DNA from: a virus
Virus record (IMG/VR): IMGVR_UViG_3300005288_000008
Location: 1-42,727 of that record
Direction: 5' to 3' (one strand)
Length of the DNA: 42,727 bases
This document shows, piece by piece, positions 24,931-31,575 of the stretch. The notes under the pieces are model-generated. The model was not told the DNA's origin, made no database searches, and was given only the letters and a program-made list of their open reading frames with translations. Within the stretch, counting starts at the first letter, position 1; each line of letters starts with the position of its first letter. Position numbers and translations under genes: made by a program.

Positions 24931-25007
24931 TCAACCGAGGAGGATTTGAACCGCCCACTTTGCAGGTCTCTACATCGTACCTGGATCCCGTACCTTTGGG
25001 CCGGTTG
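24931..25007 (-). ncRNA. Aberrant tRNA-like element (acceptor stem + GGTTCAAATCC T-loop, non-canonical D arm and 11-nt 'anticodon' loop)
   Basis: Minus strand reads CAACCGG...CAGGT-ACGATGTAGAG-ACCTG...GGCGG-TTCAAAT-CCTCC-TCGGTTG-A. One C.U mismatch in the T stem. About 4 nt longer than a standard tRNA. 14 nt upstream of tRNA-Asp and just downstream of promoter P3. Confidence 0.4.
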
Positions 25008-25021
25008 ATCGCCATGCAGCA

Positions 25022-25050
25022 ATAATCGCTCACAACCAAAACTATGTCAA
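25022..25050 (-). promoter_or_regulatory. Promoter cassette P3: TTGACA-TAGTTTTGGTTGTGAGC-GATTAT, drives the tRNA unit
   Basis: -35 at 25045-25050 and -10 at 25022-25027, 17-bp spacer. The tRNA-like element starts about 12-15 nt downstream. Confidence 0.6.
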
Positions 25051-25135
25051 CACCCTGTCGAAAATTATTTTGCATATCCAGGCTTCGATCTATGCCGTTT
25101 TGTAAATCCTGACTTTTGGGTAAGTAAATGCATCT

Positions 25136-25409
25136 GAGTCTGTTGAGTCTAATTTGAGTCTACTCATTAGACTCAGGTCAAGGCCACGCCCCATAAGGGC
25201 TGGAGGCCATTTGAGTCTATTGAGTCTGTTTTTTCGGTTGCGCGCATTTTCAGAAAATCGGCCAAGGTTGACATCTGGTTAAAAAATGATCAGAAAAAGT
25301 GTTTTTTAAAAAAATTAGACTCAACAGACTCAAACCACCTGTAAGCCACGTATTACGTGGCCTGGAGTTGAGTCTAATCGTTAGACTCAGACCAGACTCA
25401 AATAGACTC
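25136..25409. repeat. Iteron array: 12 copies of (T)TGAGTCT(A), 6 direct and 6 inverted, including two palindromic pairs
   Basis: GAGTCT at 25136, 25145, 25156, 25213, 25222 and 25370. AGACTC at 25169, 25317, 25326, 25383, 25394 and 25404. Palindromes TGAGTCTA-N5-TAGACTCA (25155-25175) and TGAGTCTAA-N3-TTAGACTCA (25369-25389). Neighbour spacing is 9-11 bp. Confidence 0.85.
25278..25318. other. AT-rich core (candidate DNA unwinding element) in the middle of the iteron array
   Basis: ggttaaaaaatgatcagaaaaagtgttttttaaaaaaattag. Flanked by direct iterons on the left and inverted iterons on the right. Confidence 0.5.
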
Positions 25410-25473
25410 AGACCGTCATTTCCGCTCAAATATCTCAAAACATCTCAAACGAAACCAAACGTTGTTAAACAGT

Positions 25474-25502
25474 TTGACTCTCAAAACAACTCAAAATATA
25501 CT
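25474..25502 (+). promoter_or_regulatory. Sigma70-consensus-like early promoter TTGACT-N17-TATACT
   Basis: -35 at 25474-25479 and -10 at 25497-25502. The spacer contains two CTCAAA half-iterons. First plus-strand ORF starts at 25538. Confidence 0.65.
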
Positions 25503-25537
25503 CACCCCACGTTTTGACAGAGAAGGAGTGGCCAGAC

Positions 25538-25750
25538 ATGCCAATCGAGAAGGGCGTTTTCCCAATTCCTAAACGCGGAAAATTCGATTTTGACAGTTGG
25601 GAGGTGGGCGACAGCGACACCTATGACACGATGGAGGAGGTAGAGAGTGCGCAAAATGCCGGCAATGCATGGGCTAAGCGTCGGGGCAATGGCGCGAAAT
25701 TCAGCCGCAAGATGATGGATAATGGTTATCGTCTGTGGCGGGTGGCGTGA
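25538..25750 (+). CDS. Small early protein (70 aa)
   Basis: ORF-track frame 25514-25750. ATG 25538 is preferred: GAAGGAG lies upstream, and the TTG at 25514 would sit about 5 nt from the predicted transcript start. Confidence 0.5.
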   Translation: MPIEKGVFPIPKRGKFDFDSWEVGDSDTYDTMEEVESAQNAGNAWAKRRGNGAKFSRKMMDNGYRLWRVA

Positions 25751-27363
25751 TGACCGATCATGAAGAAAGAGTGGTAGTCCTATTAGATGTCGGCGGCATC
25801 GATATAACTTCCGCGCCTCAACTCGAAGTGCTGCCAATCGATAAATACCTGGACGCAATGCCAGACGAAGATGATTTCGAATTCACCGAGTTTGATATTG
25901 GCGTCATGCCTGCCCAGCCAATTCCACATAAACAGAAAGAGGTTACCGCTCAACAGGGGAAAGCTGCGGCGCCAACTCCTTATAAAAGGAAGACTTTTGA
26001 AAAGAAGTTGCCAGAATCCGAAATGTTGGAAACTTTTATTCAGTTGCCTGATTCGGTGATGGACACGGTTATTGGTCGACTCGCTCGGGTTATCTCTGAG
26101 TGCGTCGAGTTCCCTGAGGCGAGTACGTTTCTTTCGCTGCTGGGTTCTGCAAGTGCAGCGGTTGCCGCGAATTACGCTGTCCAGTACCGCACCGGATCGC
26201 CGATCACTACAGGCCTTTATGTGATCGTTGAGCAGCCGCCAGCCACGCAAAAGAGTTACATCCTGGGCATGGGGATGAACCCGTATTCCATGGCGATGGG
26301 TGAGCACAACAAGCGTATCAAGTCGAGGATCCGTGAGGTTATCGAGCGCGCCTCAAAGGAGGATGCTGTTGATATGCCGCGCTTCGGATTTGTGGTGGCA
26401 ACGGATGCGACATCGGCGGCGATGGACAAGCACCTGGCAGAATGCTCGGAGGGTCGATTTGTGATTGCTTCCGCTGAGCAGTCGGCTTTGATCTCGCTCT
26501 TCCCCGAGGGCAATAGCTTTGCCAGTACCAACGAGCTGATCCTGAAGGGTTACGCTGGTGAGTATGTGGCCGGCATGCGAGGTGGTCGGTCGGCTTTCTC
26601 TGGCATGGCCAACGGCAGCGTTGTACTGATCGCCCAATCGAACACCAGTCGCCGAGTGCTGAAGGCTTCGAACGGTTCCGGCATGGCTGAGCGATTCATG
26701 TTCATGGCCGAGCCAAGCAATCTCGGCGGACGGCATTTCGAAGGCGGATTCCCGACCAACGAAGAGCGTCGACCCTTTGAATCAGCGGTACGCGGATGCA
26801 TTGCCGAGTATTCGAAAAAGGTGCTGTCAGGAGAAGGCGTCATTCTCGACCCGGAAAACCTCGTTCAGTTGCGGGCCAGTGCGCACGGCTACCAGATGAT
26901 CAAGCAATCAAGAAAGGAAATGGAGCCACGCCTGGGTGAGCTGAAGGATAGCGGCGACATGGTTCTCCTATCCTGGCTAGGAAAGTTCGAGACGCATGCA
27001 CTCAAAGTGGCCTCAGTGCTACACGTTTTTGAATGCCTGGGCAATGGCGTATCGGTTCCAGAGATCATCCCTGACAAGACGCTGGATGCCGCAATGGAAT
27101 TCGTCGAGCTGATGAGTGACCACATGGAGAAGCTGCTGCACGATGCCGGCGAGTCCGGCAACGAAGCCGAGGAAGAGGCAGTAATCCTTACGATGGATGG
27201 CCGTAAGCTTTCGACGCGGACGCTCGTTCAGCGATTGCGCAACAAGAAGCCCTTCAGTGCCATGGGCAAGGCTGGCTACAAGGCAGCCGAGAATCGAGTA
27301 GCTAAAATGCTTCAATCCGGCATATTGGTTGTCGGTACAGACGGGAGCTTATCGGTCGTATGA
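25750..27363 (+). CDS. DUF3987-like replication initiator/helicase candidate (about 537 aa)
   Basis: ORF-track frame. ATG 25750 overlaps the upstream TGA. A central P-loop-like stretch YVIVEQPPATQKSYILG. Size and position next to the iteron array fit P4-alpha/DUF3987-type proteins. Confidence 0.55.
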   Translation: MTDHEERVVVLLDVGGIDITSAPQLEVLPIDKYLDAMPDEDDFEFTEFDIGVMPAQPIPHKQKEVTAQQGKAAAPTPYKRKTFEKKLPESEMLETFIQLPDSVMDTVIGRLARVISECVEFPEASTFLSLLGSASAAVAANYAVQYRTGSPITTGLYVIVEQPPATQKSYILGMGMNPYSMAMGEHNKRIKSRIREVIERASKEDAVDMPRFGFVVATDATSAAMDKHLAECSEGRFVIASAEQSALISLFPEGNSFASTNELILKGYAGEYVAGMRGGRSAFSGMANGSVVLIAQSNTSRRVLKASNGSGMAERFMFMAEPSNLGGRHFEGGFPTNEERRPFESAVRGCIAEYSKKVLSGEGVILDPENLVQLRASAHGYQMIKQSRKEMEPRLGELKDSGDMVLLSWLGKFETHALKVASVLHVFECLGNGVSVPEIIPDKTLDAAMEFVELMSDHMEKLLHDAGESGNEAEEEAVILTMDGRKLSTRTLVQRLRNKKPFSAMGKAGYKAAENRVAKMLQSGILVVGTDGSLSVV

Positions 27364-27704
27364 ATCTTCAGGAAGCCATCTATCAGCAATACGGTGTTCG
27401 GGTTCCGCTCGGCATCGCTGACGGCCGGCACCTGACATTCAAGATCGACCAGTTGCGAAATGGTTTTGTGTTGCGCCTGGGTGTATGCGCTTGCTTCGGC
27501 TCGATCATCGACGGTGAGTCCATCATCTTCGATGGGGAGCGGTATTGGGAGCGCAAGGTTGAGCACAAAGAGAACAAAGAAATACGCCATGAATGGCTCA
27601 TCTGGGAAGGCGCCAGATCAGCATTGGAGCGTGGCGAAAGATTGAGTCGTGCAGATAGTGAGCGATTGGCGCTTGCTGTGCAGCGGCTTGAAGCTTGGTT
27701 ATGA
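27360..27704 (+). CDS. Hypothetical early protein (114 aa)
   Basis: ORF track. ATGA overlap with the upstream gene. Confidence 0.55.
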   Translation: MNLQEAIYQQYGVRVPLGIADGRHLTFKIDQLRNGFVLRLGVCACFGSIIDGESIIFDGERYWERKVEHKENKEIRHEWLIWEGARSALERGERLSRADSERLALAVQRLEAWL

Positions 27705-27719
27705 CAGGAGAGAGAAAAT

Positions 27720-27944
27720 ATGAAATATGTTGAATACGATTTGAAACTGATCGATCTGATCCGTAATGGCTGCGGAAATTTTATGTCGCTTAGCATTCGC
27801 ATGAGCGAGGAAAACAAGAAGCTTCAGCCAGAAGGTGATAGCTGGCGTGTAACTGATCGTCGACTTCAGGCATTGCGCAAGCAAAATCGAATCGCGTATT
27901 CGCGTGATCGGCAAATTTGGTTTGTTGTCAGGAGCGACAAATAA
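27720..27944 (+). CDS. Hypothetical early protein (74 aa)
   Basis: ORF track. GAGAGA-rich ribosome-binding region upstream. Confidence 0.5.
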   Translation: MKYVEYDLKLIDLIRNGCGNFMSLSIRMSEENKKLQPEGDSWRVTDRRLQALRKQNRIAYSRDRQIWFVVRSDK

Positions 27945-28249
27945 TGAATATCGAGAAAATGCGGGAAGAGTTTGAGGAAAGAAATGGCCATCGAGCATGG
28001 TTCGTTGCTGGCGGCAGGAAAGATACTGGGCCTGAAGGTTACGTCTACGACGACTTCACAACGGATATGTGCTGGACATGCTGGGTCGACTCCCGCGAAT
28101 CGCTGGTGATTGATCTTGATGCGGCTGCAAAAGCGCTGGCTGAATCGATGGATTACCCGTGGGATTTCATGCCCGAGCAGGGCCGAACCCGCATGAAAGC
28201 AAATGCCCGCATGGTCATCGAAGCCGCCGGCCTGAAGGCGAAGTCATGA
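27944..28249 (+). CDS. Hypothetical early protein (101 aa from ATG 27944)
   Basis: ORF-track frame 27917-28249. ATG 27944 overlaps the upstream TAA and has AGGAG 9 nt upstream. Confidence 0.55.
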   Translation: MNIEKMREEFEERNGHRAWFVAGGRKDTGPEGYVYDDFTTDMCWTCWVDSRESLVIDLDAAAKALAESMDYPWDFMPEQGRTRMKANARMVIEAAGLKAKS

Positions 28250-28407
28250 GCAGGATGAATGTTTTTATATCTCATCTACTTGGTGCTCTGGCGATGGTCT
28301 ATTTCAGCTCAAGCCCCAATGCTCCCGCCATAATGTATGGCGCTATTCTTGGCTCAGCCTCGTCTCTGGCTATGCACTGGTGCTCAAAATGCTCATCTTC
28401 GACCTAA
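28246..28407 (+). CDS. Small membrane protein (53 aa)
   Basis: Internal ATG of ORF-track 28159-28407, overlapping the upstream stop (ATGA). MSRMNVFISHLLGALAMVYFSSSPNAPAIMYGAILGSASSLAM is hydrophobic. Confidence 0.4.
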   Translation: MSRMNVFISHLLGALAMVYFSSSPNAPAIMYGAILGSASSLAMHWCSKCSSST

Positions 28408-28724
28408 CCTTCACCGACGGAAAACGTTGCCGCTACCTATGCCCAGACCCAGAAGCAACAGTCGAATCAGAGCGTGCCGACCTGGAGGCGATGTTCTGCG
28501 GCCGCCTGGCATCAATGACCAGGATCATCGCGCCGCCACCTGAGAAGCTACCTTGGAAGCGCACGGCCAATGATCGCTGGGAGATACTCGGCTTCACGCT
28601 GTACCGATGCGCCGATGAGACAAAGGGTAAATGGTGCTTGGCCTTCCTGGACGAGACCGTTTACGCAAGGGAGAGCGCCGAGGTGTCGGCTGTCGTCCGA
28701 GCAAACTGGGCAAATGTTTGTTGA
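28380..28724 (+). CDS. Hypothetical early protein (about 111-114 aa; start GTG 28380 or ATG 28389)
   Basis: ORF track. Its stop TGA is embedded in the -35 of promoter cassette P4. Confidence 0.5.
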   Translation: MLKMLIFDLTFTDGKRCRYLCPDPEATVESERADLEAMFCGRLASMTRIIAPPPEKLPWKRTANDRWEILGFTLYRCADETKGKWCLAFLDETVYARESAEVSAVVRANWANVC

Positions 28725-28749
28725 CATAGTTATTATGCAGGGCTAGCAT
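28721..28749 (+). promoter_or_regulatory. Promoter cassette P4: TTGACA-TAGTTATTATGCAGGGC-TAGCAT
   Basis: -35 at 28721-28726 and -10 at 28744-28749, 17-bp spacer. Followed by the conserved GACAGGAGC leader. Confidence 0.65.
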
Positions 28750-28788
28750 CAGCCGTGTAGAAACAAATTCCCCGACAGGAGCTAAACC

Positions 28789-29028
28789 ATGAATACCCAA
28801 GCATTCGACGATGGCAAACGCGCCCAGGTAATTATCAAGCCGCGCACCATCGCTCAATCAATCCGCCGCTCAAGCGATCCATACCGCGCCAGCATCACCA
28901 GCTTCATTCGCCGTGAAGTGATCCGCTCCGACGACGGCCAGTCCGACAAGAAAATCTTTCACTTCGAAGACGGCTCGTTTCTGACTTTTATGGTCAGCTA
29001 TGCAGCAGTAGAAGATGGTTGCGCGTGA
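28789..29028 (+). CDS. Hypothetical protein (79 aa)
   Basis: ORF track. GACAGGAGC lies 6 nt upstream of the ATG. Confidence 0.55.
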   Translation: MNTQAFDDGKRAQVIIKPRTIAQSIRRSSDPYRASITSFIRREVIRSDDGQSDKKIFHFEDGSFLTFMVSYAAVEDGCA

Positions 29029-29108
29029 TGGCGCCGTCACGGTTGGATCTCATCGTAAGCCTGGCTGCGATTGTCGTAATCGTTATTTTGGCGGGGATTA
29101 ATCAGTGA
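29028..29108 (+). CDS. Possible micro-ORF (26 aa, hydrophobic: MAPSRLDLIVSLAAIVVIVILAGINQ)
   Basis: Manual translation. ATG overlaps the upstream TGA; the stop overlaps the next GTG start. Confidence 0.3.
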   Translation: MAPSRLDLIVSLAAIVVIVILAGINQ

Positions 29109-29284
29109 GGCCGCGGAACCAGATTTACGTTGGCACCCCGCCACTGGATCCGCCGGACGAGATCGAATGTGATTGGTGCGAAAACTACCGAATCATGATC
29201 GATGCCGACGAAAACGAAGTGCCGTGCCCGTATTGCCAGTGCGACAACGACCGTGGCGAGCCAAACGACCCGCCAGAAGAATGA
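29105..29284 (+). CDS. Small zinc-ribbon protein (59 aa; CDWC...CPYCQC)
   Basis: Manual translation, 1 aa below the ORF-track cutoff: VRPRNQIYVGTPPLDPPDEIECDWCENYRIMIDADENEVPCPYCQCDNDRGEPNDPPEE. GTGA and ATGA overlaps at both ends. Confidence 0.4.
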   Translation: MRPRNQIYVGTPPLDPPDEIECDWCENYRIMIDADENEVPCPYCQCDNDRGEPNDPPEE

Positions 29285-29337
29285 ACTGCCCCGGCTGTCA
29301 CGAAGAAGACGCGGCCGGGATTACTGAAGAGGATTGA
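29281..29337 (+). CDS. Possible micro-ORF (18 aa, MNCPGCHEEDAAGITEED)
   Basis: Manual translation. Exactly fills the gap between coupled neighbours. Very short, so weak. Confidence 0.2.
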   Translation: MNCPGCHEEDAAGITEED

Positions 29338-29787
29338 ATGATGAGTGAAGAACTCGGATGGTGCGAAGGCGATACCTGCAATCGCGAAGGCTGTAAGGGT
29401 GCGATCCAGATGCGCAAGGCCGATGGTTGCAGCTGCCACATCAACCCACCATGTTCCGCATGTACCGCCCCGCGCCATTTCTGTGATACGTGCGACTGGG
29501 ATGAGGCTGAAGAAGAGATTCCAGCGCCAGAACCAATGAGCCAGAAAGAGCAGGACTACTGGAAATCGCAGCGCGAAGAATGGGAACGGATTCGAAATGC
29601 TCCGCTCGATAACACAAAGGTCAGCTGGCGAGATCTTCCGCACACGCATTTCACGATGATCAAAGAGGGCGTCTATCCCGAGCACATGAGTCGCGCCGAA
29701 GTGGCAAAGGAAGTGGTAGGAACATTCGGCGGTCGTTTTGAGCACTTCGGCGGCGGGAAATTCAAATACATCGCTTACACGGACTGA
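29338..29787 (+). CDS. Cys-rich protein (149 aa, N-terminal multi-CxxC cluster)
   Basis: ORF track. WCEGDTCNREGCKGAIQMRKADGCSCHINPPCSACTAPRHFCDTCDWDE. Confidence 0.55.
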   Translation: MMSEELGWCEGDTCNREGCKGAIQMRKADGCSCHINPPCSACTAPRHFCDTCDWDEAEEEIPAPEPMSQKEQDYWKSQREEWERIRNAPLDNTKVSWRDLPHTHFTMIKEGVYPEHMSRAEVAKEVVGTFGGRFEHFGGGKFKYIAYTD

Positions 29788-29791
29788 CACC

Positions 29792-29938
29792 ATGATCCTG
29801 ACCGCCCTCTACGCCGCCCTAACCTGGCTGGTAATCATCACCGTTGCCGTAATCACCATCAGCCTTTACGGCGCACACCTGGCCAAGCTTCGCGATCAGC
29901 GGGCGAAGGACGGGGTTAATTGGAGTATCGAAGCGTGA
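29792..29938 (+). CDS. Small membrane protein (48 aa)
   Basis: Internal ATG of ORF-track 29738-29938. MILTALYAALTWLVIITVAVITISLYGAHL is a single TM segment. Confidence 0.4.
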   Translation: MILTALYAALTWLVIITVAVITISLYGAHLAKLRDQRAKDGVNWSIEA

Positions 29939-30153
29939 ACAAATCACACGATATCTCGGAAGGTATGCAGCATTGTGGCGGTGAAAACTGCCAAGAGGAT
30001 CTACGTCCCGAAGAACAATGTCCGTTTGATGAGGAAAAAGAAATAGAGTCTTGCCACTTGGCTTTTTCTAATGATCGGAACATGAAAGCTTCCGATTGGA
30101 CTGTTTTCAGAGCTGCTTGGCTAGCTTGTGCAAGATTGAGGGTTCAACCATGA
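29935..30153 (+). CDS. Hypothetical Cys-containing protein (72 aa from GTG 29935)
   Basis: ORF-track frame 29920-30153. GTG 29935 overlaps the upstream TGA. Confidence 0.4.
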   Translation: MNKSHDISEGMQHCGGENCQEDLRPEEQCPFDEEKEIESCHLAFSNDRNMKASDWTVFRAAWLACARLRVQP

Positions 30154-30893
30154 GCAAGATTCTTATCGGCTATTCGGCGTGTCCGTTGACGCGCCAAGCC
30201 TTTGAAGCTCAAGGTCATGAGGCTTGGACCTGCGACCTTCTGCCGGCGCGTGGAGATCAGTCACGTCACATTCAGTGCGATATCTGGGAAGTTGCGACCG
30301 ACCCATCTTGGGATTTTGGCGTATTCCATCCGATGTGCACCTACATGAACGTCGCCTCTGCCTGGGCGTTGAAAGATCCCGACTTCGAGCGTTACCCAGA
30401 CAAAGGCGGCTACCATCAACGCATTAAGCCGGGGACGCTGGTCGGTCATGATCGCCGAGCGGCTCAGGCTGAAAGCTTTGAAAACTTCCGCAGACTGGAG
30501 AAGTTGAAGTACCCGAGAGTGATCGAGAACCCAGCGCCGTCATCGCTTAGCACCAACGTGCGCAAGCCTGACCAGATCATCCACCCATATCAGTTTGGTG
30601 ATGACGCCAGCAAGGGCACCGGCCACTGGCTGGCCGCGGGTGTTCCGCTGCTTAAGCATACGGGATATGTCGAGCCGCGGCTGGTGTGTGAGAACAGGCA
30701 CACCTTTGAATACGGTGAGACTCGGTGCCCTGAATGCGGCTCTCAAAAATACTTGCCGCGCTGGGCCAACCAGACCGACTCCGGCCAGAATCGTCTGTCC
30801 CCAGGTGAAGATCGTTGGCTTGACAGATCTGAGACGTGGCCGGGGATCGCGGCAGCACTTGGTTACCAGTACGGAAGGTGGCTCAACTCATGA
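30150..30893 (+). CDS. Compact DNA (cytosine-5) methyltransferase-like protein with inserted zinc ribbon (247 aa)
   Basis: ORF-track frame. ATG 30150 with GAGGG upstream. FHPMCTYM (PC-type catalytic motif IV), RVIENPAPSSL (ENV-type motif VI) and CENRHTFEYGETRCPECG. No clear FxGxG SAM motif seen. Confidence 0.5.
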   Translation: MSKILIGYSACPLTRQAFEAQGHEAWTCDLLPARGDQSRHIQCDIWEVATDPSWDFGVFHPMCTYMNVASAWALKDPDFERYPDKGGYHQRIKPGTLVGHDRRAAQAESFENFRRLEKLKYPRVIENPAPSSLSTNVRKPDQIIHPYQFGDDASKGTGHWLAAGVPLLKHTGYVEPRLVCENRHTFEYGETRCPECGSQKYLPRWANQTDSGQNRLSPGEDRWLDRSETWPGIAAALGYQYGRWLNS

Positions 30894-30979
30894 CCACCTA
30901 CGCCTACTGCCTTATCGCCCTGGCCTGCCACGGCCTTCCGCAACTTATTCAATGGGGTATTGAAAAATGGATGATGTGA
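30890..30979 (+). CDS. Possible micro-ORF (29 aa, MTTYAYCLIALACHGLPQLIQWGIEKWMM)
   Basis: Manual translation. ATGA overlap with the upstream gene. Confidence 0.25.
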   Translation: MTTYAYCLIALACHGLPQLIQWGIEKWMM

Positions 30980-31347
30980 AGCGCTGCAAGCACGACAGAA
31001 ACTTTTGCATGGAGTGTCATGCGCCTGCTGCTGGAGCAATTAGCACGGGACACCCTGATGCCGGGCGTGTCTATGCCGCGGCTTACGAGGCAGTAAAGAA
31101 AGACTACGACGCCCAACGCCTGCGCGTCGATACGGCTGAGGCTGAGCTGAAGCGTGAGCGAGAATTTAATGCAGTCAATGTGTCGGAAGCAGAACGCATG
31201 CTTGCCGCCGCCGAGCAGCGCATTGCGGACCATGAAAGCATGCTGCGCCACTTCGCGAGCTGTGCCGACCTGTTTCAGGTTGGAACTATGGCAATGAATT
31301 ACGTCGCTGCCCTCAACCCCAAACCCGAGGCAGGAAGTCATGAGTGA
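30967..31347 (+). CDS. Hypothetical protein (126 aa), N-terminal Cys/His cluster and coiled-coil
   Basis: ORF track. CKHDRNFCMECH, then a helical Ala/Glu-rich segment. Confidence 0.5.
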   Translation: MDDVKRCKHDRNFCMECHAPAAGAISTGHPDAGRVYAAAYEAVKKDYDAQRLRVDTAEAELKREREFNAVNVSEAERMLAAAEQRIADHESMLRHFASCADLFQVGTMAMNYVAALNPKPEAGSHE

Positions 31348-31573
31348 CCTTCTCAACATGGAGTTGATCAATTCCCTTCCTCAGCCGCTTTTCGGAAAGG
31401 GGTACGGCAGGGACCATTGGTGGCCAATAGTGGATATCGACGTTGAAAGCGGACTTTGCCGCATAGACGTTTGCGGGTTGTTGGAAGTCAGGCAGTTTAG
31501 CGATTTTCGGTACATCCGTGACGATACGCAAACCCTACACGAACCTGACCGCTTCTATATGGATGAGGACTGA
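31340..31573 (+). CDS. Hypothetical protein (77 aa)
   Basis: ORF track. Overlaps the upstream gene by 8 nt. Confidence 0.5.
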   Translation: MSDLLNMELINSLPQPLFGKGYGRDHWWPIVDIDVESGLCRIDVCGLLEVRQFSDFRYIRDDTQTLHEPDRFYMDED

Positions 31574-31575
31574 CC

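Noticed and set aside
24931-25007. tRNA-like element as an attP core for tRNA-targeted integration
   Set aside because: No integrase, excisionase or S24/CI-type repressor is recognisable anywhere in the closed genome. The element sits in a promoter-tRNA transcription unit.
24833-25075. 80-aa minus-strand ORF
   Set aside because: It is entirely made of the tRNA-Asp gene, the tRNA-like element and promoter P3. The RNA features explain the region.
25268-25296. TTGACA at 25268 as another promoter
   Set aside because: No acceptable -10 hexamer lies at 16-18 bp (CAGAAA/TCAGAA). It sits in the AT-rich core of the iteron array and lacks the TAGTTATTAT extension of the cassette family.
25136-25409. 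Repeat array considered as a CRISPR array
   Set aside because: The repeats are only 8-9 bp and occur in both orientations, with 1-80 bp irregular gaps and no spacer-like unique units. There are no cas genes. It fits iterons/operators instead.
25136-25409. GAGTC in the iterons as GANTC (CcrM/HinfI-type) methylation sites linked to the methyltransferase-like gene at 30150-30893
   Set aside because: That gene has C5-cytosine-type motifs, not N6-adenine (DPPY) motifs. The conserved unit is longer than GANTC. No evidence in the sequence links the two.
29185-29793. 202-aa minus-strand ORF
   Set aside because: It is antisense to the tightly coupled plus-strand Cys-rich gene chain. It has no promoter or RBS and would be the only reverse gene in that operon.
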